Part shown: positions 52,286-62,936 of the stretch, in pieces | Layout: the number at the start of each line of letters is the position of its first letter | Position numbering within the stretch: position 1 is the stretch's first letter | Assembly: GCA_963804995.1 (NCBI GenBank) | Contig: CAWDSK010000006.1 | Coordinates: forward strand, 1,536,001 to 1,600,000 | Direction: 5' to 3' | Origin: an uncultured Acidobacteriota bacterium | GTDB taxonomy: Bacteria; Acidobacteriota; Terriglobia; UBA7540 | Length of the DNA: 64,000 nt | Translations under genes and position numbers: made by a program | Notes under the pieces: generated by a model | Databases searched by the model: none | Told to the model about the DNA's origin: nothing | What the model saw: the letters and a program-made list of their open reading frames with translations, nothing else

Positions 52286-53953
52286 TCAGGGGATCATCCA
52301 GGTCAGCCAGTAAGCTTGCGCGAAGGCAATCAAGCTGAGCAGAAGTGCCAGCAGCAGGCTGTGGAAGAACGTGGAGCGCAGCACCTCTCCTTCATGCCCC
52401 ACCAAGCCCACGGTGGTCACACCCACTGCAATGTTCTGCGGAGAGATCATCTTTCCGGCTACAGCTCCGGAAGAATTGGTGGCGGCCAACAGGATCGGGT
52501 TCACACCGATCTGGTGAGCCGCGGCCACCTGAAGATTCCCGAAGAGGAGGTTGGCGGAAGTATCGCTGCCGCTCAGGAAGCAGGCAACCCAGCCCAGAAA
52601 TCCGCTAACCAGCGGGAAGAGTCTTCCCAACCCCGCCAAGGACGCGCCCAGGGTGAAGGCCATGCCGGAGTAGTTGTACAAGTAGGCGAGCGCGACGATC
52701 AGCCCCACCGTCAACCCTGGCTTCTGGAGTTGCCGCAGAGTCTTCCACCCTGAATTCACAACGACGCTGAAAGGGGTTCGAAAAAGCAAGGCGGTAAGGA
52801 TCATCGCCGTAAGTGCGCCGGTCCCCGCCGCCAGAAGCTGAAACGAGTAGATGGCGGCGTAGGGCTTCTGGTAAAGCGTGATAAAAATCTCATTGTGCAG
52901 ATGAGGAATCGGAATGGCGGTTTGGGCAACGGAAAAGAGTTTGAAATAACTCCAGACAATCATCACGCCCGCCAGCAGCACCCAGGGCGCCCACGCGGCC
53001 AGCGATTCCCGGCGGGTGAGAAGGCTATCTGAAGCGGGAGCCGGGCTTGCGGACCCCGGCGCCGTGGCGGGTTTCCAGACGTGGAGAAGCCCCACCACGC
53101 AGACGATCGAGGCCATGGCGGCGACGATGTCGGTCGCATACGGCCCCCAGAAATTCGAAGAGGCGTATTGCGCCAAGGCGAAGCTCCCGCCACCCACCAG
53201 CGCGGCAGGCCATGCCCTCTTCAATCCCTGGCGCCCCGCGACGATCCAAACCAGGTACCCTGGCAGGACCAAGGAGATGAACGGAAGTTGCCGCCCCACC
53301 ATGGCGGAGAGCTTCAGGGTGTTGAGGCCCGTCACTCCGGCCAGGGCCACGATGGGAATTCCCAATCCTCCAAAGGCTACCGGCGCAGTGTTGGCGATCA
53401 GGGCAAGGGTCACCGCTTTCCGGGGAGTGAAGCCCAGTCCGAGCAAGAGAAACCCTGCCACGGCCACGGGCGAGCCAAATCCGGCCGTCCCTTCCAGCAA
53501 CGCGCCGAAGCAGAAAGCCACCAGGACGGCCTGGATGCAAGGGTCACCGGAGGCATGTTCGCTCATCCAACGCCGCAGCAAATCGAAGTTGTGGGTATCA
53601 ACCGAAAGATTGTAAAGCCAAAGCGCTGCGAAGACAATCCACAGAATCGGCCAAAGCCCGTAAACAAAGCCAAAGGCTCCGCTCAGACACGCCATCTCGG
53701 CAGGCATGCCCCAAACGAGAATGGCGAGAAGGAAAGCCGTGGCCAGGCCCGCCGCGGCGGACAGAGCTCCGCTTCGGCGCAGGCCGCCCATGAGGACGAG
53801 GACAACCGCCAGGGGAATTGTGGCTAAGAGTGCGGAGAAGGGGAGATTTACGACCGGCGCCAGCGGCTGAGGCCACACGAAAGCGAGACTCGATATCCCC
53901 ACCGGCGAAAGCGCTGAGATCCAAGAGAATTGGAGAGACATGAATGGGTGCAT
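52286..53953 (-). CDS. L-lactate permease (LctP family)
   Basis: FGALLEGTAGFG, ANTAPVAFG, GSDTSANLLFG, GKMISPQ; exact start uncertain. Confidence 0.95.
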   Translation of the reverse strand: MHPFMSLQFSWISALSPVGISSLAFVWPQPLAPVVNLPFSALLATIPLAVVLVLMGGLRRSGALSAAAGLATAFLLAILVWGMPAEMACLSGAFGFVYGLWPILWIVFAALWLYNLSVDTHNFDLLRRWMSEHASGDPCIQAVLVAFCFGALLEGTAGFGSPVAVAGFLLLGLGFTPRKAVTLALIANTAPVAFGGLGIPIVALAGVTGLNTLKLSAMVGRQLPFISLVLPGYLVWIVAGRQGLKRAWPAALVGGGSFALAQYASSNFWGPYATDIVAAMASIVCVVGLLHVWKPATAPGSASPAPASDSLLTRRESLAAWAPWVLLAGVMIVWSYFKLFSVAQTAIPIPHLHNEIFITLYQKPYAAIYSFQLLAAGTGALTAMILTALLFRTPFSVVVNSGWKTLRQLQKPGLTVGLIVALAYLYNYSGMAFTLGASLAGLGRLFPLVSGFLGWVACFLSGSDTSANLLFGNLQVAAAHQIGVNPILLAATNSSGAVAGKMISPQNIAVGVTTVGLVGHEGEVLRSTFFHSLLLALLLSLIAFAQAYWLTWMIP

Positions 53954-54017
53954 ATCCGGTGCATTCCCCTTCCAGCCGCATCAGGACGCGGTCCAATCGG
54001 TAAGCGAACAAGTAAGC

Positions 54018-54155
54018 GTAGCGCGGACCTCCGGTGTTGAGGTCCGCGGTTCTTTTTTCGATTCACGCTACCGAATCCTAGGGCAATTCCCATCGTTGAG
54101 ACCTACGGTTTTTCGCGTGAAGGGCCGCGCACCTCAACCCGGAGGTCCGCGCTAC
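54018..54155. repeat. family A REPIN variant overlapping the murB 3' end
   Basis: GTAGCGCGGACCTCC..GAGGTCCGCGG ... GGAGGTCCGCGCTAC. Confidence 0.85.
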
Positions 54156-55278
54156 GATCCCCGAACTCGGCAATTTCCTGTTCAGTAAACCCCACCAATT
54201 CCGGTTCAATCGCGAGGGTCATGCCCGTACGCGCGTAAACAGTGTGCCGGACGTGTTTTGCCAGCGCCATCACATCCTGTGCTGTGGCGCCACCTTGATT
54301 GAGCAAAACCAGCGGCTGGTTCGCGTTCACCTCGGCGCCCCCCACAAGCTGCCCCTTGAGGCCGCAAATCTCGATCAAGAACGCGGTGGGAATCTTGATT
54401 CTCGTGGAAGACGCAAATCGTTTCCGGATCTCGTCCAATCGCGCCAGCTCTTGCGCCGAGAAGTTGCGCTGGAGATTCGTGCGCAACCCTGCGAACTCCG
54501 GTTCGGTGAGCGATAGATTCTTGAAGAAGGAGCCTGCATTCCCACCCCGCTCCTCGCGGGGAAAAGGAAATTTCCGGTCGCGAATTGCGATAATAGCACG
54601 CCGGATTTCCAGGAGCGGTGGCTCGCTCGCGCCGCGCTCTGCGAAATAGGCTTTGACGTCAGGGTAATCGAGATGTGGCCGCGTGTGTTTCGCCAGCCGG
54701 AGCGTCAACCGCAAGATAATGAATTTCCCCCGCGCGCCGGTGTTGAAAATACTCCGCCGATAGCCAAAGCCACATCCACTTGCGCTCAAAACCTGCACGC
54801 CACCGGTAGCGATCTCCATCACCGCGACGGACTCCAATACATCGCTGACCTGTTGGCCGTAAGCCCCGATATTTTGAACGAGCGCGGCTCCGGCCTGCCC
54901 GGGGATGTGAGAGAGGTTCTCAACTCCCCGCCAATCACGCTCCACGGCGAAGGCCGCGACCTCATCCCAGGTTTCGGCGGCCTCCACTTCCACGGTGGCG
55001 CTCGTAGCATCCTCGTGCGTAACCCGGATGCCGCGGCCGACGGGATGCACGACCACTCCTTCATAGCCGTGGTCGCTCACCAGGATGTTGCTGCCGCCGC
55101 CGAGGATAAAGAGCGGCAGACTTTTCTGTGTGGCCAGGGCCAGCGCCGCGCGGAAATCCTCCTCGGTTTTTGCGCACACGAAATACCGCGCCGGGCCACC
55201 AATCTTGAAAGTGGTGTAAGGTTTGAGCGGTTCCTGATGCTTGATTACAGGCTCTGCAAAGCCTGGGTCGGGCGACAT
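54103..55278 (-). CDS. murB: UDP-N-acetylenolpyruvoylglucosamine reductase
   Basis: TTFKIGGPA, LGGGSN, IPG..QNIGAYG, FGYRRSIF, NAGSFFKN, EPE. Confidence 0.96.
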   Translation of the reverse strand: MSPDPGFAEPVIKHQEPLKPYTTFKIGGPARYFVCAKTEEDFRAALALATQKSLPLFILGGGSNILVSDHGYEGVVVHPVGRGIRVTHEDATSATVEVEAAETWDEVAAFAVERDWRGVENLSHIPGQAGAALVQNIGAYGQQVSDVLESVAVMEIATGGVQVLSASGCGFGYRRSIFNTGARGKFIILRLTLRLAKHTRPHLDYPDVKAYFAERGASEPPLLEIRRAIIAIRDRKFPFPREERGGNAGSFFKNLSLTEPEFAGLRTNLQRNFSAQELARLDEIRKRFASSTRIKIPTAFLIEICGLKGQLVGGAEVNANQPLVLLNQGGATAQDVMALAKHVRHTVYARTGMTLAIEPELVGFTEQEIAEFGDRSADLRVEVRGPSREKP

Positions 55279-55297
55279 AGAGCGTGATTGTAGCAGC

Positions 55298-56890
55298 TTA
55301 CTGGACACGCCGCTCGCGGCCCGCCCAGTATTTTTCACGGAGGATTTTCTTCAGAATTTTCCCGGTCCCGCCCTTGGGCAGGTTCACCATAAACTCCACG
55401 GATTTGGGAACTTTGAATCCCGCCAGATGCTCGCGGCAGTGATCCATGACCTCCGTTTCGGTGGCTTGGCATCCGGGCTTGAGAGTGATGACAGCTTTCG
55501 CTACTTCTCCCCATTTGTCGTCGGGGATGGCGATAACCGCGCACTCCAGAACGGCGGGGTGCTGGTAGAGGATGCGTTCGATTTCGGCGGACGCCACATT
55601 CTCGCCACCGCTCAGAATCATGTCCTTGGAGCGATCGACGATGAGGATGTAGCCCTCCGCATCGATGGTGGCGAGGTCGCCGGTGTGGAACCAGCCGTCG
55701 CGAATGGCCGCAGCCGTGGCTTCGGGCTGTCGCCAGTAGCCTTCCATCACCACGTCGCCGCGCACCACCACTTCGCCCACCTCGCGACCGTCCCAGGCTA
55801 CGTCGTGGCCATCCACATCGAAAACTCGAATTTCACTTCCCGCCAGGGCGTAACCTGCCGTTGCCTTGCGGTAGAGATTCAGGTCTTCGGGATCGCCCGC
55901 CAGGTGCTCCTTGATGCGAGCCATGGAGATGACCGGCGAGGTTTCCGTCAGCCCGTAGCCTGTCATGGCAACGCACCCGGGGATCTTCTTTTCCACTTCG
56001 CGCAAGAGCGTGGTACTGGAGGGCGCGCCGCCCGTCATGAGTTCGCGCACCGAGCTCAGGTCGCATTGGGAAAATCCCGGATGATTCAGCAGCGCGATGA
56101 CCATGGCGGGAACCATGTGCAGGTGCGTGACACGCTCGCGTTCAACCAGAGCCAGAACCGTGGCCGGGTCGAATCTCCTGATCATCACGTGCCGCGCGCC
56201 TTGCAAGGTCATGATGTGCGGGGCGCCCCAACTGTTTACATGGAAGAGCGGCACGGTGTAGAGGTGCACATCGTGGTCAGAGCCCCGCAGCGCCACGGCA
56301 GTGTAAAAGGCGTGCAGGTAAAGGTTGCGGTGCGTCAGCATCACGCCCTTGGGATAGGCGGTCGTGCCGCTGGTGTAGAAGAGTTCGGCGAGGGAGTTCT
56401 CGTCAATCTCGCGGTAATCAAGCTTCGCGGGTTGGGCTTCAGCCAGCAACTCGTCATAGAACCTGGGGTGCGCCCAGGCCGGCTTGGTGTCTCGCAGTGC
56501 GATGTAATGCTCAACGGAATTGACCCGGGGCCGCATCGCTTCCACCAAGGGAATGAATTCGGGATCGAAGCAGAGGACTCGCGGTTGAGCGTCATTCAGG
56601 ATGTAGGTCAGTTCCTCAGGGCTCAGGCGGATATTCATTGCCAGCAGGACGGCGCTGATTTGCGGTACCCCGAAATAGGCTTCCAGCAGCCGATGGCAGT
56701 TGAAGCTGAGGTAGGCGACGCGCTCGCCCTGCTGTATTCCCAAGTGCAAAAGCGCGGCGGAGAGCCGGTCGGCGCGGTTGTCGAACTGGCGATAGGTGAA
56801 GCGCTCTTCACCGCACACCACGCCGATCTTGCGGCCAAAAATCTCCGCCGCGTGCCGCTTCAACCGGACAGGAGTCAGGGGGAGAAGCAT
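55298..56890 (-). CDS. long-chain fatty acid--CoA ligase
   Basis: YTSGTTAYPKG, GYGLTET, WFHTGD, DRSKDMILSGGEN, PKGGTGK. Confidence 0.95.
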   Translation of the reverse strand: MLLPLTPVRLKRHAAEIFGRKIGVVCGEERFTYRQFDNRADRLSAALLHLGIQQGERVAYLSFNCHRLLEAYFGVPQISAVLLAMNIRLSPEELTYILNDAQPRVLCFDPEFIPLVEAMRPRVNSVEHYIALRDTKPAWAHPRFYDELLAEAQPAKLDYREIDENSLAELFYTSGTTAYPKGVMLTHRNLYLHAFYTAVALRGSDHDVHLYTVPLFHVNSWGAPHIMTLQGARHVMIRRFDPATVLALVERERVTHLHMVPAMVIALLNHPGFSQCDLSSVRELMTGGAPSSTTLLREVEKKIPGCVAMTGYGLTETSPVISMARIKEHLAGDPEDLNLYRKATAGYALAGSEIRVFDVDGHDVAWDGREVGEVVVRGDVVMEGYWRQPEATAAAIRDGWFHTGDLATIDAEGYILIVDRSKDMILSGGENVASAEIERILYQHPAVLECAVIAIPDDKWGEVAKAVITLKPGCQATETEVMDHCREHLAGFKVPKSVEFMVNLPKGGTGKILKKILREKYWAGRERRVQ

Positions 56891-56903
56891 GGGCACCTCA
56901 TTT

Positions 56904-57025
56904 GTGATCGGGTGATCGGGTGATCGGGTGAGCAAAGACCGAAACTTGAGACCCGGATCGCGGATGGCGTCCAGATTCTCAGTTGCTCATGCTATCACCC
57001 CGTCACCCTACCACTCGATCATTCA
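56904..57025. repeat. inverted 8-bp-period repeats (GGGTGATC)
   Basis: About 3.5 units on the left; degenerate ATCACCC units on the right. Confidence 0.5.
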
Positions 57026-58810
57026 CTTCGCCACGCGAGCGATATTGGAGTACGCAGACTCGCCTGCGCCGTTGAGCGTCCGCACCCGGTAACAGAGGGT
57101 CTCACCCGAGTGTGCGGCGGAATCACGATAGGATTTTGCATCGGCGGAAAGTTTCGCAACGCGCTCCCACGCTCCGCGATTGCCCTGGCGGCGTTCGACT
57201 GCGACGCCGGTAGTCCCGCTGCCATGCACTTCCCAGGAAAGCTCCACGGAGCCGCCGGAGGCCCGCGCGCCGAGCGCACTCGGCGCCTCAGGGAGTTGCT
57301 CCCAATCGAAAAAGTTCTCATCCGTGATGGCCATTACGCTGTCGCGGACGGGAAGGCTTTCGAGCGTATCGGTCGTGCCGCTCTTCCAATTAAGCGGTCG
57401 GATTTCACCGGAAACCACGTCAATCAGCACAGGGTGCTTGATCCCGGAATTCTTAAGAGTGAGCGTGGCCGCGAGGGGCGGGAAGACGTTCCCAGGATTG
57501 CTGTGCGCGGCCATCCAGTAAGCGATGATGGCCTTGCCGGAGGTGGTGCGGAAGCCGTGCGCCAGGAAAGACGCGCTCGCCTGGCGGTGCAGGGCGGGAA
57601 TATCGCTCGAATCGATCTCGATCCCCCGGTCAAGCGTGGTGTCAGAGAACAAGGCGTTGGCATTCTGAAAGGCCGAAAGCACCGGCCGCGGCGTGAAATC
57701 ATCGGGCAGATTCCGCAGGCCGTGGACCAGCCCGAAGTCGTCGTACTCATTGCCGTCCGTGCCGGCGGTAAGCAGCCACACAAACGTCTTGACCCCCTCC
57801 GCCCAGTTGTAGAGCAGGCCCCGCACCACGTACTTGGATTGCACGGATTCGTCCATGCCAATCCAGCTCGGAATAGCATTGAATTCATCGTCCCAGAAGG
57901 GAATGTCCTGGCGAATGCCCGGGTAGTGGCGGACCATATCGCGCAGCTTGGACGGTGATTCCAATCCGTACGCCCCGCCGTCCATGGATTCCGGATTCAG
58001 GTTCTGCCCGTAGCCGGGATAGGTGTGGTAGGCGAATACATCAATGCCCGAAGCGCACTGGCAGGCATCGAGAGAGCGCCGCGCGAAGTCGCGGATGGGG
58101 TCAGCCAGGCCTCCATAAATCACCTTCGCTTCCGGATCAGTCTCGTGCACGGCGGGAATGAAAGCTTTCAGCAAGCGCCCGTACTCCTCGGGGTTTCCCC
58201 ACGAATTCCAATAGCCAATGTCCTGCTCGTTCCAGAGCGCGTAATAATGAATGCGCCCGCGGAAGTGTGCCACCGTCCAGCGGACGTAGTTGGAGAAGGC
58301 TTCGATCTGCTCGGGCGTGGTGGGCGGCCAGAAAATCGAATAGAGGCTGCGATCGTTGTTGTGGAAATTGCCCGGCTCCGGCGTGATCTGGTCCGGCCTT
58401 TTTCCCGACGGGGATGTGTACATGGGGTTCCCGTACATGAGTTGGACTTGAACATCGACGCCGTTGTCGACCAGCGAATCCACGTAGTCGTCAGCCTCCG
58501 GCGAAATCGAGTAGACGCCGCGCTTCTGCTCAACCCAGTCCCAACTGGTGGGCTCAGAGCTGTTCTCATACTGACCGATGCGAATCCACTTCACACCCGT
58601 GTCGAACATGCGAGTCCACCACCAGCGATTCCAGGGCAGATAGGGCTCGCGCGGCAGGTTGGAGTTGACGCCGAAGCCGTCATGAATTTGCGACGAGCGT
58701 TTGGGCGGAACATGGTCCGGCAGGCGCCGCTGGCCTTGGGCGAAAGCGGAAGCTCCGGGGAGGGCAAGACAAAAGGCTGCCACGGCTACGGCGAGCCACA
58801 ATCGACGCAT
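57023..58810 (-). CDS. secreted clan-A glycoside hydrolase (GH39/GH5-like) with FN3 domain
   Basis: Signal peptide, WDWVEQKRG, WNEQD acid/base, AYHTY, DEFN nucleophile region, C-terminal YRVR..GESAYS. Confidence 0.75.
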   Translation of the reverse strand: MRRLWLAVAVAAFCLALPGASAFAQGQRRLPDHVPPKRSSQIHDGFGVNSNLPREPYLPWNRWWWTRMFDTGVKWIRIGQYENSSEPTSWDWVEQKRGVYSISPEADDYVDSLVDNGVDVQVQLMYGNPMYTSPSGKRPDQITPEPGNFHNNDRSLYSIFWPPTTPEQIEAFSNYVRWTVAHFRGRIHYYALWNEQDIGYWNSWGNPEEYGRLLKAFIPAVHETDPEAKVIYGGLADPIRDFARRSLDACQCASGIDVFAYHTYPGYGQNLNPESMDGGAYGLESPSKLRDMVRHYPGIRQDIPFWDDEFNAIPSWIGMDESVQSKYVVRGLLYNWAEGVKTFVWLLTAGTDGNEYDDFGLVHGLRNLPDDFTPRPVLSAFQNANALFSDTTLDRGIEIDSSDIPALHRQASASFLAHGFRTTSGKAIIAYWMAAHSNPGNVFPPLAATLTLKNSGIKHPVLIDVVSGEIRPLNWKSGTTDTLESLPVRDSVMAITDENFFDWEQLPEAPSALGARASGGSVELSWEVHGSGTTGVAVERRQGNRGAWERVAKLSADAKSYRDSAAHSGETLCYRVRTLNGAGESAYSNIARVAK

Positions 58811-59123
58811 TGGAAAGCGGGTATCAGGGACGCGCATCTGGGTTCTCCTATGAGGGAATTTGTTCGATCAGACATTATGAACCGCGGAATATACCACAGG
58901 AGGGGAGGTAAGAAGGAAGGGTTTACGAACCCCGTGGGTTTGTGCTTGACAAAGCAAGGCCGTGCGCAGAGTATCTGTAGCCGCGGGCGGACTGAAAACT
59001 GGAATTCCGCTCCAACTCACCTGACAACGTAGCCGGTCGTTTGTAATCTTTGCCTCAGGCTCAAGACATCATCATGGCTTCCCGAACTTTGGTACAGCCC
59101 TGTTTCCTGAAAGGAGAAGTGTA

Positions 59124-62100
59124 ATGCTACAGACCCATAAGATAACTTTATTTAAGCTGGCCCTACTCTTCGGATTGATAATTCCGGTTGCCTATGCCGG
59201 AATTACAGCGAGCATTTCAGGCACGGTGACCGACCCCACGGGGGCGGTTATTCCCGGGGCTTCGGTGACTGCCCATAACACCGAAACGGGAATTAACACC
59301 TCGAACTCAGACCAATGCCCAGGGCTTCTATTCTTTTCCCGTCCTCACTGCGGGCAAATATGAAGTACGCATCAAGGCCCCCGGATTCCAGGAATACCGG
59401 GAGACGGGGTTGGTGTTGGATGTCAACACCGCCTTGCGCCTTGATGCCGCGATGAAGGTGGGCGCCGTGACTCAGGAAGTCAGCGTCTCCTCCACCGCCA
59501 TGCACGTTGAAACCAGCAATACCCAGATGGGCGAGGTGATCGGAACCACCAAGATGACCACGCTACCTCTGAATGGCCGCAGCTACACGGACCTGCTCGC
59601 TCTGCAACCCGGCGTGGCTCCTACCTCCAGTGGCGAGGGTGGGGGTCAGCCCGTTTCGGGAAACCTGAACCCGGGCGCGCTTTCGGTAAGTGGACAGGGG
59701 GAATCCGCCAACGGGTTCATGGTCAACGGCGGCAGCGCCGAGGAAAAGCTTTACAATACCAGCGGCATCATTCCCAATCTGGATTCCATCGCGGAGTTTC
59801 GCATTCTGACCAACAATGCGGACGCGGAGTATGGGAACTATTCCGGTGGGTTCATCAACGTACTCACCAAATCAGGCACCAACCAGTTCCATGGAAGCGC
59901 CTTCGAATTCATGCGCAATCCCCATCTCGATGCGCGTTCCTTCTACTCTCCCGAACGCGGCTCCCTGCACCAAAACCAGTTCGGAGGCACGGGAGGCGGG
60001 CCGATCAAGCATGACAAAGTTTTCTTCTTCGCCGACTACCAGGGTACGCGTCTGGTGAATGGCGTGGACACCGGGCTTATCACCGTGCCGTCGGTCGCCG
60101 ACAAGACCGGCAATCTGGCGGACCTGGCGAGTTCACTGAGTCAGACTTGTCTTACGAATGATAATCCTCCCAAAACCATTCCTTGCTACACGGTGAACGG
60201 CGGGGCCTGGGCCAATATCCTGGCGACGAGGCTGGGCTACGGGGTCACGGCCGGCGAGCCCTACTACACAACTGGTTGTACAACCAGCGCCCAATGCGTG
60301 TTTCCCGGAGCAGTTATCCCTCAGTCCGCACTTTCTGCACCCGCCAAGGCACTGACAAAGTACATTCCAGATCCAAACTCGGGTGCGTACTTCACCACCT
60401 CAGCCTATAAGGCAACGTTAGGGGACAACAAAGGCAGCTCGCGGCTCGATGCCAACACCCGCCTGGGCATGATTTCAGGCTACTATTTCATGGACGATTA
60501 CGCGGACATTAATCCTTATGGCGGAGCATCCGTTCCCGGGTTTGACTCCAGTGACCATGGCCGGGCGCAGATGTTCAACTTAGGCATCACCAAATCGTTC
60601 GGCGCGAGCTCCGTTAACGAACTCCGGCTTCACTACATGCGGAGTGTGCGATTTGGCGGCGCCCCGCATGGCGGCCTGGGCGTTTCACTGGCCTCCCAGG
60701 GTTTTACGGGCATCTTCCCGATGAATCCCGCCTTCGAGGGCGTTGAATCCATCGGCTTCAATAACTTCAACATCGGCGCCGCCAATGGCTTCCTGCGAAC
60801 CTACGACAACACTTACCACGTATCGGACAACTTCTCCAAGGTGATTGGAACCCACACGGTGAAATTCGGCGGGTCCTTCAGTTACGACCAGGTCGAATAC
60901 CGATTCGCCCTGAACCTCAATGGATCGTTCGGATTTAATGGCAACGAGACGGGCAGTGATTTTGCCGATTTCCTGATTGGGGCGCCCAACGGTTATTCTC
61001 AGGGCCTCCAATTACCCGTGTATAGTCGTGGCCGGTCTTACGGCCTATATGCCCAGGATAGCTGGCGAGCCACCCAGAACCTTACCGTGAATTACGGATT
61101 GCGCTGGGAAGTCAGCACTCCCTGGTGGGAGGCCCACAACGAATTCGAAGCGCTCGTTCTCGGCTGTCAGTCGAAGACGTTTCCGGGAGCGCCCGTCGGC
61201 TGGTGCTTCCCGGGTGATCCGGGGATTCCCTCCACGCTGGCCCCGACTCGTTATAACAACTTCGCCCCACGCCTGGGTCTAGCCTATTCTCCCCATGTCG
61301 ACGGAGGCTTCCTCCACAAGTTGTTGGGTGGGACGGGCCAGACGAGCATCCGGGCGGGGTTTGGCATCTATTATACGTCTCTTGAAAATCGCATCCTCGA
61401 GCAGGAGAGCGGGGATGCCCCGTACGGGTACTGGTGGTCGAATCCTGCACCCCCCATGTTTGAGACCCCCTTTGTGGATCGTCCCAGTGGGCTGGACAGG
61501 GGCCAGCGCTTCCCCGTGCCCGTACCCCCTCTCACCGTGTCACCCTCTAATCCTGACAACTCCATCAACTGGGCACAGTTCGAGCCCATCACCAGTTCCC
61601 CGGGCTTCTCCCTGACCAACCGGCTTCCCTACGCCGAGCATTACAACCTCTCCCTGCAACGGCAATTCGGACCGGCCACCATACTTTCGGTGAGCTACGT
61701 CGGGACAGAAGGGCACCGGCTTCTCGCTACCATGGAAGCCAATACGGGGAATCCGGCTCTGTGCATGAGCCTAAGCCAGATAAGCCAAGTGACGGATGGG
61801 GTCACCTGCGGCCCTTATGGAGAAAACGGCGTCTACCACCCCATCGGCGGCGGAACCATCACTACCACGCGCGGGCCCTTCAGTGATGCTTTCGGCAGCA
61901 ACGGCTACATGTCGACCATGGCCAACTCCAACTACAATGCGCTGGAGGTCACGCTGCGCCGCACCATGGGCCGAGTGGAATTTCTTACCGGCTACACCTG
62001 GAGCAAGTCGATCGACAACGCTTCCGGCAATGGATTGGGCCAGGGCGACAACATCAACCCCCTCAACCCCAAAATCACCCGGGGGTTGTCCGCCTTCGAT

Positions 62101-62655
62101 GTCACCCACAACTTCGTCATGAGTTACAGCTACCGGATACCCTTTGACAAACTGGGGCACTCCAACCGCTTGACCAATGGCTGGGTCCTCAACGGAATTA
62201 CGCGCTTCGCCACGGGCTTTCCGGTGTATCTCACGGAAGGTGACGATAATTCGCTCCTGGGGACTTTCGGTACAGGTCAGGGCAATATGATCGATGTGCC
62301 GAACCGCCTCCCGGGCTCGCTCAACATCACCGATCCCCGCAAGGGAGATCCGGCCAGCGGGACGAATCCCTACTTCAACACTTCTTTGTTCGTAAGAGAG
62401 TCCCTTGGCCAGCTCGGCAATTCCAATCGCCGGTTTTTCCACGGACCGGGTTTCAACAACTTTGACCTGTCCGTGACCAAAGACCTCAAACTGACGGAAT
62501 CAAAATCCCTGCAATTCCGGGGCGAGTTCTTCAACACCTTCAATCATGCCCAATTCTGGGGCCCCACGGGGGAAATCGTAAACGCCAATTTCGGCTTTGT
62601 GACCAGCGCGCACGATCCTCGCATCGGCCAGGTTGGCATGAAGTTCATCTTCTAG
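59124..62655 (+). CDS. TonB-dependent receptor, Oar-like (frameshift near 59304)
   Basis: ISGTVTDPTGAVIPGA, LPLNGRSY, TKSGTNQFHGS, NNFAPRLG, terminal MKFIF. Confidence 0.93.
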
Positions 62656-62671
62656 TGAGTCTCGATGGTCT

Positions 62672-62694
62672 GGGGCGGGAGCCGATCCCGCCCC
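62672..62694. terminator. GC-rich hairpin after the TonB receptor
   Basis: GGGGCGGGA-GCCGA-TCCCGCCCC; no clear U-tract. Confidence 0.35.
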
Positions 62695-62936
62695 GGGCCG
62701 CGGGGCATAGGACAAACAAAGAGTAGGGGCTGCAATTACGGCGTGGCTAATGAGTTTACGTCCCACGCCGTGCCCTTCCAACTGCCCTCAGAGCATCCCA
62801 GCGTGGTGAGAAACCCGATCTAACAACAATTAACACGCAGGTAATGGCCGAGGTGATTGGCTTGTTGTATACTTGCCGCTTGTCACACCGCTTGTGCGGT
62901 GGTGCATATCCCATAATTTCTCCATAGGGGCGCCAC

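Noticed and set aside
55241..56923. Long antisense or shadow ORFs (also 691-1926, 5429-6745, 48602-49804 and others)
   Set aside because: They overlap well-supported genes on the opposite strand and lack motifs; expected in GC-rich DNA
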